Shown: positions 1 to 17,836 of the stretch, in pieces
How positions within the stretch are numbered: the first letter of the stretch is position 1
How the letters are laid out: each line of letters starts with the position of its first letter
Source of the DNA: the human T2T-CHM13v2.0 reference genome, Homo sapiens
Strand: one strand, 5' to 3'
Length of the DNA stretch: 64,000 nt
NCBI RefSeq assembly: GCF_009914755.1
Contig: NC_060927.1
Notes under the pieces: generated by a model
Told to the model about the DNA's origin: nothing
Databases searched by the model: none
The model's input: only the letters and a program-made list of their open reading frames with translations
Translations under genes and position numbers: made by a program

Positions 1-392
1 ATAGTAATGTCATGAGACTATTAAAGATGTGCCAGAGTTTCAATGAAAATCATTAAAGTAGGACAGCTAAGAAATTAATATTAATATCAAAATTATTGAT
101 AATCTTAAATTATTGATTATTCCTTAACGCACTCCATTCTCCTTTTACATTTTATCATGTTTCTTTTGAATATATGAATTGGCAAAGGACTTGATGAAAC
201 TGAGTACTAAGATTTGGTACAGAGTATGTCAGGAAGACAACTCAGATTGCCATTTTAAATAAAGTTGTACATGAACAATAATTGGAATCATCAGGTAATT
301 TTTTTAAACAAAGGTTCTTCATTTACTGTTATGATTGGAAAAAAATTAGAAAATAAAGTAAGTGCCATAGGCTAATTAAAAAATAAAACCTT

Positions 393-769
<377 letters not shown>

Positions 770-1361
770 TTATTTTATGTAGAGTATTGAGATGTGATAA
801 ACCTTTGTATATGCCATCACTGCTCCATTTCCTAAAGTATTTTGGTGTTTTCATGGGACTACATCTTGTATAATTTGACATGTATGACCTGACTAGTCCT
901 AACAGTTCTTTTTAAACGTGTATTTGAGACTTAAATATTGGAAAAGGTAACCCAGTGCCATAAAGCAGAAACAGTGACCTTTAAAATGACTAAAATTTCA
1001 ACCCAGTATAGTTTCATACCTATTTCATGCTTTCTCGTAAGAAAGAATTTCATGTTTTAGAAACATTTCTTTCACTATGGGATTAATAATATGACACTGA
1101 AATGGAATTATATATGTCAGCTACAATTCAGGCATTGTTTTGGGATATGGTTAGATTGACAGGCAACGTTTTGGAATATGGTTAGACGGGGAGGGAACAC
1201 GGTACTGTTTAACATCTTAAGAGTATGTGGGGGTATGTGTATACAGAATGTTTTTGTTTTTGCTCATCACAACCAGGTTTCATCAGTATTTAAAATATTT
1301 AAGATTGTGGCTTGGAATGTGGTTCAGCCATTTACTCACTTATACAAATATTCAGAAGTGT

Positions 1362-1367
1362 AATAAA
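1362..1367 (+). terminator. Candidate polyadenylation signal
   Basis: AATAAA followed by U-rich sequence; repeat-dominated DNA starts about 120 bp later. Confidence 0.45.
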
Positions 1368-1438
1368 AATGTGAATGAAGAAAACTTTGATATAACTCTT
1401 CTTGCTTAGATAAATGGTTGCAGATGACATCACTTTTA

Positions 1439-1710
<272 letters not shown>

Positions 1711-1812
1711 AATATACCTTTTAAGGAGTTCCTTTAGTGTGTCTCTGTTGGTAGCTTGTTTATGTTTGATGATATATTTATTTCATCCTCACTCATCTGA
1801 TGGATAATTTAG

Positions 1813-2131
<319 letters not shown>

Positions 2132-2669
2132 GTAGCTGTACACTTCTAAGCTTGGTTATTTTCTCTTGGTACTTTGAAAATATACCATTATTGACTGGCA
2201 CCCGTTTTGCTGTTGTGAAATCTGCTATGAATGTAATAGTTGTTTGTACAGAATGTCTTTTCTCTCCGGTTGCTTTATCTCTGGTATTCTGCGGTTTCAT
2301 TTTCATGTGTTTGAAATTTCTTTACTTATCCTGCTTGGTATTCAGTTTGCTTCCTGAATCTGAAGATTCCTGTCTTTAATCAATTCTGGAAATTTTTCAG
2401 CCATTATCTCATCATTATCTGCCTCTTTTGGTTTTTCTCTTTTCTCTCCTGGAATTCTCATTAGGAGTATGGTAGAGACCTTAACAATCTATCCCCATGT
2501 CTCTTAAGCTTGCTTTCATTTTTCCTGTCTCTAGGCTGTTCTCAGTAATTTCTTTTGGTCTGTCTTCCAGTTTACTAATTTTCTCTTCAATTGTGTGTAA
2601 TCTGCTATTTAACCAAACATTGGCTTTGGTTTCAGTTATTCTTTGTTTCTAGAAATTCTACTTAATTCT

Positions 2670-3046
<377 letters not shown>

Positions 3047-3879
3047 TAGCTCCTGTCTTACTTTCTTTAATCATTTAAATAGGCGTACTGTATATTCTGT
3101 AGCCATCAATTCCAGCAGCTAAAGTCTGTGTGGGTTTCATTATGTTCTTTGTAGTTTCTATTGACTCACTCATCGCTGCTTATTTCCTCAGGTGTATTGT
3201 ATTTCGGGTGCTCATGTTTGGCTTCGGAAATCCTGTTTATCTGTGAAATCCTTTGAGACCGAGGTTGAGGGTACACCTGTGCAGTCAGGATTTGTATTTG
3301 TTTCTTCCAGGCCCCCCAGAACTCCAGCCTGGGACCACTTTCTTGACAAATTTGAACTTTAAAACCTTAGTGAGGGAAAATTCTAAAGGGTTATTAATTC
3401 TAAAGGGAAAATTTTCTTCTGCCCTGCAAGCCCACTGCAGGCCAAAGTAAACAAATGTCCTGTGTGTCTCCCTGGGCTAGCATAGGGTTTTTTTTCCCCC
3501 CAGTCTGTTCTTGGAGGGTATAGCGCCTTGAATTTCCAGTCCTATGCAGGATCACAGTCCTGACTTCTTGTATAGGCCCAAGTCCTTGTCTTTAGTTTCC
3601 TGTGCACCTATTAAAACTCTAGAGATTTCTGAGATAAGTAGGTGCCCTCAACACAACCATGGCTTCACTGCCCTGCTTACCACTCTGGTGTCCTGCCCCT
3701 TCTTCAGGTTGAGTGTGAAATTTGGAAGACTGTCAGAAACATTCTATTTTCATTCTTGCAAGTTATGCCTTTGAAACGATGTCTTATTTATCCAGTGTTT
3801 CTGTGTGTTTAATAATCAGAGCATTTTTCAGGTTATCTCTTACTGTGCCATGTTGCTCCTTGATTCCTTTCTCTCCTGT

Positions 3880-4810
<931 letters not shown>

Positions 4811-5103
4811 AAACATTGATGAACTCCTCCGTGGATAAAATAGGGAAGTCTTAATTTGCAAGGAGGTGATACTTAATTTAGCAGCAAAATTTTAGTTAAG
4901 AATTTGTAAGCAAAAAAGCAAAATGGATAACGGATGAATTCCCAGAAACAAATGTCGCGGAGCAGATGTGTATAACAGCAATCGTCTGTCAGCGTCTTCC
5001 GTCGGCAGAAACCTGCTTGGAGACAATGCTGAATTAAATGAGGGACTGGCTGCTCCTCTCAATACAAAGACTACCCAAGGAATAAAAGCAACGTCTATCA
5101 CCG

Positions 5104-5125
5104 AACTACTACTCCCAGCGGCCCC
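5104..5125 (+). promoter_or_regulatory. ZNF143/THAP11 (SBS, ACTACNNNTCCCA) motif
   Basis: AACTACTACTCCCAGCGGCCCC matches the ACTACAATTCCCA-type motif upstream of the GC boxes. Confidence 0.6.
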
Positions 5126-5274
5126 CGCGCGGGCCTGCCCATGGGAGGTGGCGCTCGTCTCCGCCCCGGGGAGCTCCGGCTTCGGGGCGGGAGGGGTTCT
5201 GGGTTCTGGCCCCGCCCCGCCCCGCTCCCCGCCGTCTTCCTCCCCCAGGGTTGTGGCCACGCGCAGCGGCGGCG

Positions 5275-5534
5275 GTTGTTCCGCTTCCCCTCCGGCCCGG
5301 GCCGTCGCCATTGCCGAAGGCTCCCTCCCCTCCCCTCCCTGGCGTGCGCAGGACTCCGCCGCCGCTGGGCCTAGCGGTATCAGCGGCTGCTCCAGCGCGG
5401 CGTCTCTTCCCGCCCCGCTTCCCCTTCCCTCCCCTCCCCTCCCCGCACCGCGCGCTAGCCCGGGGCGGCTCCGCAGCCCGCCGGGAGCTCTGACCGAGGC
5501 GCCTCGCTGGGGCGGGGACCTTGCCTTGCCCGGG
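5275..5534 (+). other. PAK2: PAK2 exon 1 (non-coding 5' UTR; TSS approximate)
   Basis: Ends in consensus donor CCCGGG|GTAAGT (GT at 5535-5536); no ATG in the exon; splices to exon 2 as ...cccggg|gccatttcataattctgaatcATG. Confidence 0.85.
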
Positions 5535-7475
5535 GTAAGTGCACACAGGCCGGCCGGCGCGGGACGCAGGCCGGGTCTCTTCCTCCTCCTTCCTTCTCCG
5601 TGGCCTGGCGGGCGGGAGCGGCCCGGGACGGCCGACCTGCCCCGCGCGGGGCCGGGGAGCCGCCACCTGCGTGCTGGGAGCCGCAGCTCCTGGGGCGGTG
5701 GCTCATTGTCTGCTCCCCAGGGCCGTTTTCTTCGCTGGCTTTAGCCAGAAATGGGAAGCTCGCTGGGCTGCCGAGGTCTGACTCTTCCTGGACCCAGCCC
5801 TGCTCTGAACCTCGCGGCACCACGGTCTCTGCCGACTCTCGGTTTTCCCTCCCCTCGCGTTTCACCCTCTTCCTTTGCTCCGTTTTCTTAATGCTGGACC
5901 AGACTCTCCGGTTTTGTTCCTTGATTTTTCCTCTCACTGATTCTCAGCCCCTGCTTGCTCGCTCTCTGTTCACCCGTTTCACTGCTCAGGAATATTGTCG
6001 CGAGTAGCTTGACTGTTTTCTCAGCTCCAGCCTGTAACCTCTTTTCCACATTCCACATTGGTAAAAACGTAGAGCGTCCCGGGCGCTTGAGGGCCACCGC
6101 TTACGAACGGATCTTTCGGAGCTTCTCCTCGCTCCTGTTTGAGCTTCAGCCTAGGGGTGAAATTTGCTTCTTTAGATAACTTAGGTGAAGTTAAGATTGG
6201 TTTTTCACCATGTTTGGCTCTCTTGGAAACACACGCACGCACAAACACAAAACGTTGCCACTCAACCTTTTAACTAATTCTTTAAAGATAAGTCATCCAA
6301 GAACAGAAGCGTGTCATCGTCAGTGGGTGTGAGGTTGTACCCATCCTTGTATCTTAATTTTAGTAGTACTCTCCCTGGGCAGTGTGAGCGTGATTTGTTT
6401 TCCCTTGATAAATAACGAACTCCGGTTGATATCATTATCTCACTTCTGCGTTACAGGCGATGTGTCCTTTCTTTGTTTTCTTTTTTAACCTTTATAAAAA
6501 GACAAAATGGTTAGGCCTAAAATTAAACTACGAAGAGCTGTGTTTTGGATCAAGGTTGTGCACGTCACGTTTTTTCCCCTGCTGTGTTCGACTCTTCCGC
6601 TCTTATAAGTAGGCAGGATATTGAAATGTACAAGAATTTGCTCTGGGGGTTTTGTTTTTGTAGGGTTGTCCAATAGAATAACACTCAATAAAGTTACATT
6701 GGGATGAAGGCAGTGAATAGTAATTTTTAAAGCAGGTTAAAACTTGTCAACTTTGCCAGAAGGTCTGTGGCTTCTGTAAAGCCCACTCATGCTCGTGTAT
6801 ATATGAAGAGCCTTTTTCATGTTCTGTTAGGAGTATGGATTTCAGGCAACTTTTTCACTGTGTCATCCTCGGCTATTAAATCTTTCGAGCTACTTATTAG
6901 CCAAGCACATTGATTGACACTTATTACGGAAAGTGAACCTGTAATAGATGTAGGTCTTAAACCAACTTTCCGATTTGGTAACAGGTTGACCTAAATTCAG
7001 TGTATTTTGTGTTTTCACTAAGTAGCCCATTGTTACCTTTCCCTCCAGCAAGGCTCTGAAAAAAGTGGCTCCAATACTCAGCTTCAATACTGTCATCATT
7101 TCTTAAATAGTAGTATCAGTTGTCCTTAACTTAATGGATGTTTTATTGGCCTGAGGGATTAAGGTGTAGAAAGGTTGGAGTTTTGTTGGAGTTTGAAACT
7201 TGGTCTGTAGATGTTGGCTTCTCTGCCAGTTTCTTCTAATCAGCAGATATTTTTATGAAGGAAGAGTTCCTGGGTATTTCACTTCCCTTAGGGCCTTGGT
7301 TTATGGTTTACTCTCATTCAGAGAGAGATACTATTCTGGACTCCGTGCTATTTAATACTAACCTTGCAAACCCAAATTCAAAATTAAGTTTATAGTTCGA
7401 GTATACAGGCGATAGGGCTCTCTGATCTTTATGATAGACAGGTTCCCAAGTAGATGCGGTTAACAATTAATATTT

Positions 7476-7760
7476 CTTTTTTTTTTTTTTTTTTTTGAGA
7501 CGGAGTTTCAGTTGCCCAGGCTGGAGTGCAATGGTGCGATCACCGCAACCTCCGCCTCCTGGGTTCAAGCGATTCTCCTGTCTCAGCCTGCTGAGTAGCT
7601 GGGATTACAGGCACGCGCCACCACGCGCGGCTAATTTTGTATTTTTAGTAGAGATGGGGTTTCACCGTGTTGGTTAGGCTGGTCTCGAACTCCCGACCTC
7701 AGGTCATCTGCCCGCCTCAGCCTCCCAAAATGCTGGGATAGGCGTGAGCCACGGCACACC
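7476..7760 (-). mobile_element. AluS
   Basis: Antisense Alu with poly-T. Confidence 0.92.
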
Positions 7761-8011
7761 ACCAACAGTTTCTATTTCAATTATACTTTTTAAGAGAGAC
7801 TAGAACTTGTTCAGGTAGCTAAAGATAAACTTTCAATTATACTTTTCTAATATTTAAGAACTTCAAGTAGCCAAGGATAAAATGAGTAGGAATTGTTAGA
7901 TTCTTCCTTTTATCCATCAAAATCGATTATTATTATAATAATATTTGAGTATATTTCTTTTGGCTTTCTGACTTTTACACTTTTGGTTAAAATTTGAAAC
8001 TGGGTCTTCTT

Positions 8012-8328
<317 letters not shown>

Positions 8329-8674
8329 TCAACTTCAAGACTTTAAGTCGTAAAGGTTTCCATCAGTTTGGTATAAGAGTTGAGTTTCCAGACTAATCAG
8401 AGGGAGGGTGTTAATTGCAAATTGTGTGTCCAAGCTCTTCCTAGTATCCTTTTTGTGCCTTAACAGAGCAGAATAGGAAAGGAAAAAAAACCCTCATTGC
8501 CCCCCAAAAATAAAATACTGGTTGTTTTCTTCTGTGATCAGAGTTGAGTTTCATCACTTCTTCCCTTCTAGGGTCACCTGCCTGGTTAAGGGTAGTCAGT
8601 CTGAACATTCATTCAGGATTTCAGTGTTCCAGCCTACTATCTCTGAGTTTCTTTAGTACTTACTCCATGTATCC

Positions 8675-8880
8675 CATGTGGTTAGGAGCTAGAGTCCTGC
8701 GTTTGAATTCTTGCTGTTCTACTTTACCCTGGGCAAGATATACATTCTTTTCAAGACTTGCTTTTCTCACCTGTAAGATGGGGATAATAATAATAATACC
8801 AATTTCACAGGGATATTTAGATCAAATGAGGGAATGCAGGTAAAGGATTCTGTAATTATAGGTCTTAATAAACGTTAGTT
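8675..8880 (+). mobile_element. MIR
   Basis: Core ttttctcacctgtaagatggggataataata. Confidence 0.7.
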
Positions 8881-8944
8881 AATAGTCTGTTCTTACATGC
8901 TGTAGAGTCGATACTCCTAAACTTAGAATTAAAACTGCCTTCTA

Positions 8945-9509
<565 letters not shown>

Positions 9510-10414
9510 CTACTTGGGAGGCTGAGGATCCTTTGAGTCCAGGAATTTGAGGTCAGCCAGGACAATACAGGGGGACCCCATCTCTTAAATCAGACAAAAA
9601 TAAAAGTAGAAAAAAATATTAAATAAGAAATTTGGAAAGTGGTAAAAACTTTTAAGACAAAATTACCTTAGTCTCAGCTGGCAGAACCATTGTAACAAAC
9701 TGGAACAGTGGTTTTGTTCCTTATTTTAAATTTAAATTCTAAAAGCAGTACATATTTATTATAAAAGGTTCAAACAAGTCAATTAAATATTTAAAGAGTG
9801 AAAATTCTTTGGGAGACTGAGGCAGGAGGATCACCTGAGCTCAAGAGTTGGAGGTATAGTGAGCTATGATTGCACCATTGCATTCCAGCCTGGGTGACAG
9901 AGCAAGACCCTGTCTTATAAAATTCTTAAAAAGTGAAAATTACTTTCTCTTTTTAGTCCCATTCCTTAGAAGTACCTACCCGCTGTTAATAGTTTTACTT
10001 ACTGAGTTAGAAATAAGTACCTTTTGTGTGTCGGATACTTTTTATGTTGATTTTAAAATAAAAAATCTGATCATTAAGTATTGTTTTCCATATCATGACA
10101 TATAGTGGCACCTCTACTTTTTAAGTCATTAGATATTATGCTGTATGGTAGTACTTTAATTATTTGTGATCATTTATGTTATTTCTAACTTTGAGCAACT
10201 AAAACTAGAGCCTTAATGAACTTATACGTATGTCTTTGTGCACATGCATATGTAGATAAGTATTTCCATTAAAACGACTTGTAAGTGTGCATTTAAATTT
10301 CTTTTTTCTTTTTTTTTGAATTGCATTCCAAAAAGACTTGTAATGTATATTTCCTTATTGAGTTGTAGAAGCTCTTCACATGTAATAGATATTAATCTAT
10401 TGCCTTCTGTTTAA

Positions 10415-10796
<382 letters not shown>

Positions 10797-10904
10797 CATT
10801 GTGTTTCAATCTTAATCTTTCTGGAATTTTTTCATGCCTGGTGGGGATAAAAGAGTTTTAAAATAGTTTTGCTACAGAAATAAAATACAGGTATAAAAAT
10901 ATTT

Positions 10905-11255
<351 letters not shown>

Positions 11256-11359
11256 TTACTGGACTTCAGTAAACGTCTTTATTTTGTTTTCCAGGTTCAT
11301 TGTTTTATCTGAGAATAATAGTAACTTCAGTCACTTTTCTATGGTTACAATATTTAACC

Positions 11360-11498
11360 TTTTTTTTTTTTCTTTTTCTTTCTTTTTTAAAGACGGGGTT
11401 TCACCGTATTAGCCAGGATGGTCTCGATCTCCTGACCTCGTGATCCGCCTGCCTCAGCCTCCCAAAGTGTTGGACAGGCATGAGCCACCGTGCCCAGC
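11360..11498 (-). mobile_element. Alu left-arm fragment
   Basis: Antisense left monomer. Confidence 0.85.
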
Positions 11499-11906
11499 CC
11501 TTAACCCTGTTTTAGGTCTTTATTACATTGGCCTGAAGTTCCAAGACTTGGTTAAACAAGAGACGTGTCATTGTCTTGAAATGACTCTGGTATTAATATT
11601 TTTACAGTTAGGGATGATGGCAGCTGTTGGATTTAGAGAAAGATTATTATTTTATTCTGTTTCTGCTTTACAAAAAATAGGAATGGCTTCTGAATTTTAT
11701 CAGATGCTATTGTAACATTTAGATGATGATATGGTTTTCTTCTTTTAACTATTGCTGAGGATATGTAATAGTAAATTTGCTATTAATCAAAGGTATCACA
11801 AGGTATATATCGTGAATAACCAAAATCCCACTCATATTAGTCCTGCGTACGGAATTTATTGAAAGGTTAGAGGAGAATCTCATATAAATTTAGATTAATA
11901 AGAATA

Positions 11907-12247
<341 letters not shown>

Positions 12248-12636
12248 CTATAACCTATTCAGGAATCCTTATTCATGAGTCACTTTTGATAATTCGTATT
12301 TCCTAGATCATTTCTTTTAGATTTTCAAATCTGTTACTATATAGGTGTGTATAATCTTTTGTCATTAAGATCTGTGGTATTCATTTCCTTTTTTTTATTA
12401 GTGATTTCACTATTTTTCTGAATTTGCCAAATGTTTGTCTACTTAGTGGTTTTTTTTACTAACCAGCTTTGAGATTTACTTATTGTATTGGTTTTTTTTT
12501 GTTTGTTTTCTGAATGCCTGATTTCTACTTTTCTCTTTATTTTGCTCTCCTGCTTTTTTTGTTGTTGTTAACAATGTTAACATTAAGTTAATGTTAATGT
12601 TATTAATTCTTAATGAATTCTTAGTTCCTTTAATGT

Positions 12637-12705
12637 GTTTTCGATGAGCGGTAATCGCTCCTCGGATAGACCTCATTGGCTACGATACCGCCACTGTGCA
12701 AAGCT
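12637..12705 (-). pseudogene. U4 snRNA retropseudogene, 3'-truncated at ~nt 69
   Basis: Reverse complement AGCTTTGCACAGTGGCGGTATCGTAGCCAATGAGGTCTATCCGAGGAGCGATTACCGCTCATCGAAAAC matches the U4 5' end. Flanked by TSD agttc(c/at)tttaatgt at 12623-12636 and 12706-12720; no poly-A tail. Confidence 0.95.
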
Positions 12706-13239
12706 AGTTCATTTTAATGTCTTTTAATAATAAAAACCTTTAATGTTCTTAATTTGCTTTTGAATGCAGCGTTGGCTGCACATTCTAATTTACATGAATA
12801 ATGTTCTTCTGCTCAGTATTTTCCAAATAGCTGGTGGTTCTAGTTTTGATTTCCTCTTTGACTCAGGAGGTATTTAGGATAATTCTATTCACTCATATTT
12901 TCTTTCATTGTTGTCAGCTTCTATAATCTTTTAAAATATCTTTTAAACTTATTGAGGGTTTCTTGTGACTTAAAACATAATCCATTTTGGAAAATGTTCT
13001 ATGAAAACTTAGAACATTTTCTGTTGGTAATATACAGAGTTTTATACATAACCTATTGATTAAATTTAATGACTAAGATTATTTGTATGAATTACCAGTT
13101 TTTATAAATAGTTCTTACTAAATATAGGACTTAGTCTTTATTAGTCCTAGTAAGAACTATAGTCGTTATTAATAATTCTTATTAATGTAAAAATCTTCCT
13201 AATCTGCCAAAGACAAAGAGGTAGCATTGTTTCTGAGAA

Positions 13240-13500
13240 GCTTGTTCTCACGTTGGGACCTTTAGATTTTTATTTCTTCTGCCTGAATGTCACTGAGGCC
13301 ATATTTGAAAGAGATCTTTCATGATCACCTCTGCCTACCCCCACTCCGCATCTAACTTCCTGCCCCTCAGTGTGTTTATTTTCCTTTATAGCACTTCCAT
13401 CTGAAGTTTCTTTTTCATTTATTTGGTTTTCTTTAATATACTATTCTGTTTTACAGAGCTTTGAACAAATAGGTATGAAATAAGTATGTGTTGGTTGAGT
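13240..13500 (+). mobile_element. L2 fragment
   Basis: tttattttcctttatagcactt motif and an L2-like 3' end. Confidence 0.5.
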
Positions 13501-13539
13501 GTCACTCTCTTATTTCTAATGATTTTTAGAAATTTTTAT

Positions 13540-15209
13540 TCATTTTAATTAATAGACTTTGCAGCATTTTAGGTTCACAGCAAAACTGAGCCTAAGGTAC
13601 AGAGTTCCCATATACCCCATGCTCCTCACGCCCCTCTTCTCCAAGCCTCCTCCTCATCAACATCCTGCATCACTGTGGTATATTTGGCACAGTCAGTGAA
13701 CCAGCATTCACACATCATCACTGCCCAAAGCCCACAGTTTACGTTAGGGTTTGCTCGTATGGTATTGTACATTCAGTGGGTTTGGACAAATGTATAACAA
13801 CATGTCTCCACCAGTATCATACAGACTGGTTTCCGCACCTTAAAACTCTCTGCTCCACCTGTTCCTCCCACTTTTACTGCAACCCCTGGCAACCGCTGAT
13901 CCTTTTACTACCTCCATCGCAATGCCTTTTCCAGAATGTCCCGTAGTTGGAATTATATAGCGTGTAGCCTTTTCAACTTGGCTTCTTTCACTTAGCAGTA
14001 TGCATCTGAGGTTCTTCCGTGTCTTTTCATGGCTTGATAGCTCATTTCATTTTAGCACTGAATAATATTCCATTGTCTGGATGTACATTCACCTATTGAA
14101 GGACCAGGTTTGGTGATTATGAATAAAGCTGCTGTAAACATTGATGTGTGGAGTTTTTTATTGTGGTGTAAAATACATGTAACAGAACTTACCATCTTAA
14201 CCATTTTGAAGTATACAGTTCAGTGGTACTAAATACATTTATAGTGTGCAATTATCACCGCCATCCATCTCCGAAACTTTCCATCCTGCAAAACTGAAAT
14301 TCTATACCCATTGAACCATAACTCCTCATTCTCCTTTCTGTCTGCATGATTTTGGCTACTCTTATGTACCTTATGTAAGTGGAATCATATTTTGTGTTTT
14401 TGTGACTTATTTCACTTATCCTCAAGCTTCATCTGTGTTGTAGCATGTCAGAAGTTCTTTTCTTTTTTTTTGGGTGAATAGTATTCCCATGTGTGTATTT
14501 ACCTTATTCTGCTTGTCCATTTATTCATCAGTAGACACTTGGATTGCTTCCCTAATTTAGGTACTGAGATTAATGCTACTACGAACATGGGTGTACAAAT
14601 ACCTCTTTGAGACCTTGTTTTCAGTTATTTCGGGTACATACCCAGAATGGAATTGCTGGGTCATATGATAATTCTGTGTTTCATTTTTTGAGGAACTACC
14701 GTATTGCTTTCCACAGCGCCTGTATCACTTCACGTTTCCACCAGCAGCGCACAGCAGTTCAGTTTCTCTACATCCTTTTTAACACAACCGTTGTTGTTTT
14801 TAATAGTAGCCATCCTAATGGGTATTAGGTGGTATCATGTTAGTTTTGATTTGCATTTCTCTAGCAGTTAGTGATGTTGAGCATTTTTTCATGTACTTAT
14901 TGACCATTTGTATATCTTCTTTGAAAAAATGTCTATTCAAGTGCTCATGTGTAGGTTTTCGGGTGGACATAAGTTTTCAGCTGATTTGGGTGAATACCAA
15001 GGAGCATGATGGCTGGAGTGTATGGTAAGAATGTATTTCATTTTGTAAGAAACTGTTCAACTTTCTTCCAAAGTGGCTGTACCATTTTGCATTCCCACCA
15101 GCAATGGATGTGAGGGTTCCTGTTGCTTCACATCTTTTCCAGCATGTTATGTTATCATTGTTTTGGATTTTACCCATTCCAATACGTAGTAGTGTTTCAT
15201 TGTTTTCTG

Positions 15210-15210
<1 letters not shown>
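13540..15210 (-). mobile_element. Nested L1MB-type 3' fragments
   Basis: ttttaggttcacagcaaaactgagc..., with a second L1 3' end inserted at ~14155-14940; ORF 14977-15276 resembles the ORF2 C-terminus (CWKRCE). Confidence 0.8.
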
Positions 15211-15730
<520 letters not shown>

Positions 15731-16747
15731 GTAGATACTTCTTTTGCAGATATTTTTTTTCTAAGTCTGTGGTTTAAGTTCTCATTCTCCCAACTCTGAT
15801 GATTTCTGTCATGTTTTGATTCAGTATTATTTGGTACGTGTGTAAATTCTACACTGCTCAAGATCTTCATTATGAATTATACCTCATCCATGAAAATGAT
15901 TGTCCTGGACAATCATGATTTAACATTTTTGCATCTTATATTTTGCTTGTCTTAAATTCCTGTTGTACTTTGTTTTTTGTTCAATAAATTATTCAACATT
16001 ATCTTTCCTTGCTGTTTTTTGTTGTGTCTTTTTAAAATTGCGTGTAGTTTATTTTTGCTTTATTCCAAAGTGAATGCTTAAAACATATTAATGCTTAAAG
16101 CATTAAAAATGAATGCTTAAAACCTAAAATAAAGTTTTTTAAAAAAAAAAAACCAAAACATGTTTATTATGATAAATGCTTTCTGGTATGTTTCTGTTAT
16201 TTTATTTAATGCTTTCTGTTTTTTAATGATTAATTGTTGCTTTTTTTAATTGTTGTAAAATACATGTAACATAAAATTACCATCTTAAACGTTCTTAAGT
16301 GTACAGTTCTTTGGCATTAAGTACTCACGTTGTGGTACAACTTTCCCTACCATCTGTCTTCAGAATTTTTTTCATCTTCCCCAACTGAAACTCGGTACTC
16401 ATTAAACATTAACTCCTCATTCCCTACCTCCAGCCCCCAGTAGCCTATCTCTAATCTGTTTTCTGTCTCAATGAACTTGCCTCTTCTGGATATTTCTTAT
16501 AACTGGAATCGTGCAATGTTTGTCCTTTTGTGTCTCGCTCATTATTTCATGTAGCGCAGTATTTTCAGGGTTCATCCATTTTGTAGCATATAGTATAGGT
16601 TGAGCATCGCTAATCTGAAAATCCAAAATCCGAAATGCTCCAAATTCCAGCACTTTCTGAGTGCTGACATGACATCACAAGTGGAAAATTCCATATGTAA
16701 GTACTTAATGCAAACCATGTTTCATGCACAAAATTATTTAAAATATT

Positions 16748-17100
<353 letters not shown>

Positions 17101-17133
17101 TACCTTTAGGCTATATATAAAAGGCATTTATGA

Positions 17134-17540
<407 letters not shown>

Positions 17541-17836
17541 TAGCCCCAAGCATTTTGCATTTTGGATAAGGGATACTCAACCTGTAGTACTTAATTCCTT
17601 TTTAAGGGTGAGTAATACTCCATTCTATGTATTATACCACTTTTGTTTATCTGTTCACCTATCAATGTTTTCTTTTTTTGCTTTGTAAATTGTATTTGGT
17701 TTGCTTTTATCTCAGATATTTGGAATGTATACATCCTGTTTTTAAAGTATATTAGCTTAAGTGAATTCAAGTCTAAATCTAAATTGAAAAAAAATTTTCT
17801 GATCTGTAAGCCTGAAAAAGAAAATTGTTTTGACTT

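Larger units (their letters stand above)
5100..6130. promoter_or_regulatory. PAK2: CpG island / PAK2 promoter
   Basis: Very GC- and CpG-rich, no obvious TATA box; tandem GC boxes at 5184-5233 (ggggcggg, gccccgccccgccccgc), ETS-like ttccgcttcc near 5279, exon 1 donor inside. Confidence 0.92.

Noticed and set aside
4892-6007. Long overlapping ORFs (up to 258 aa) across the promoter
   Set aside because: Low-complexity Pro/Ala/Gly/Arg frames on both strands, as expected from stop-poor CpG-island DNA. No recognisable domain, and they cross the exon 1 donor.
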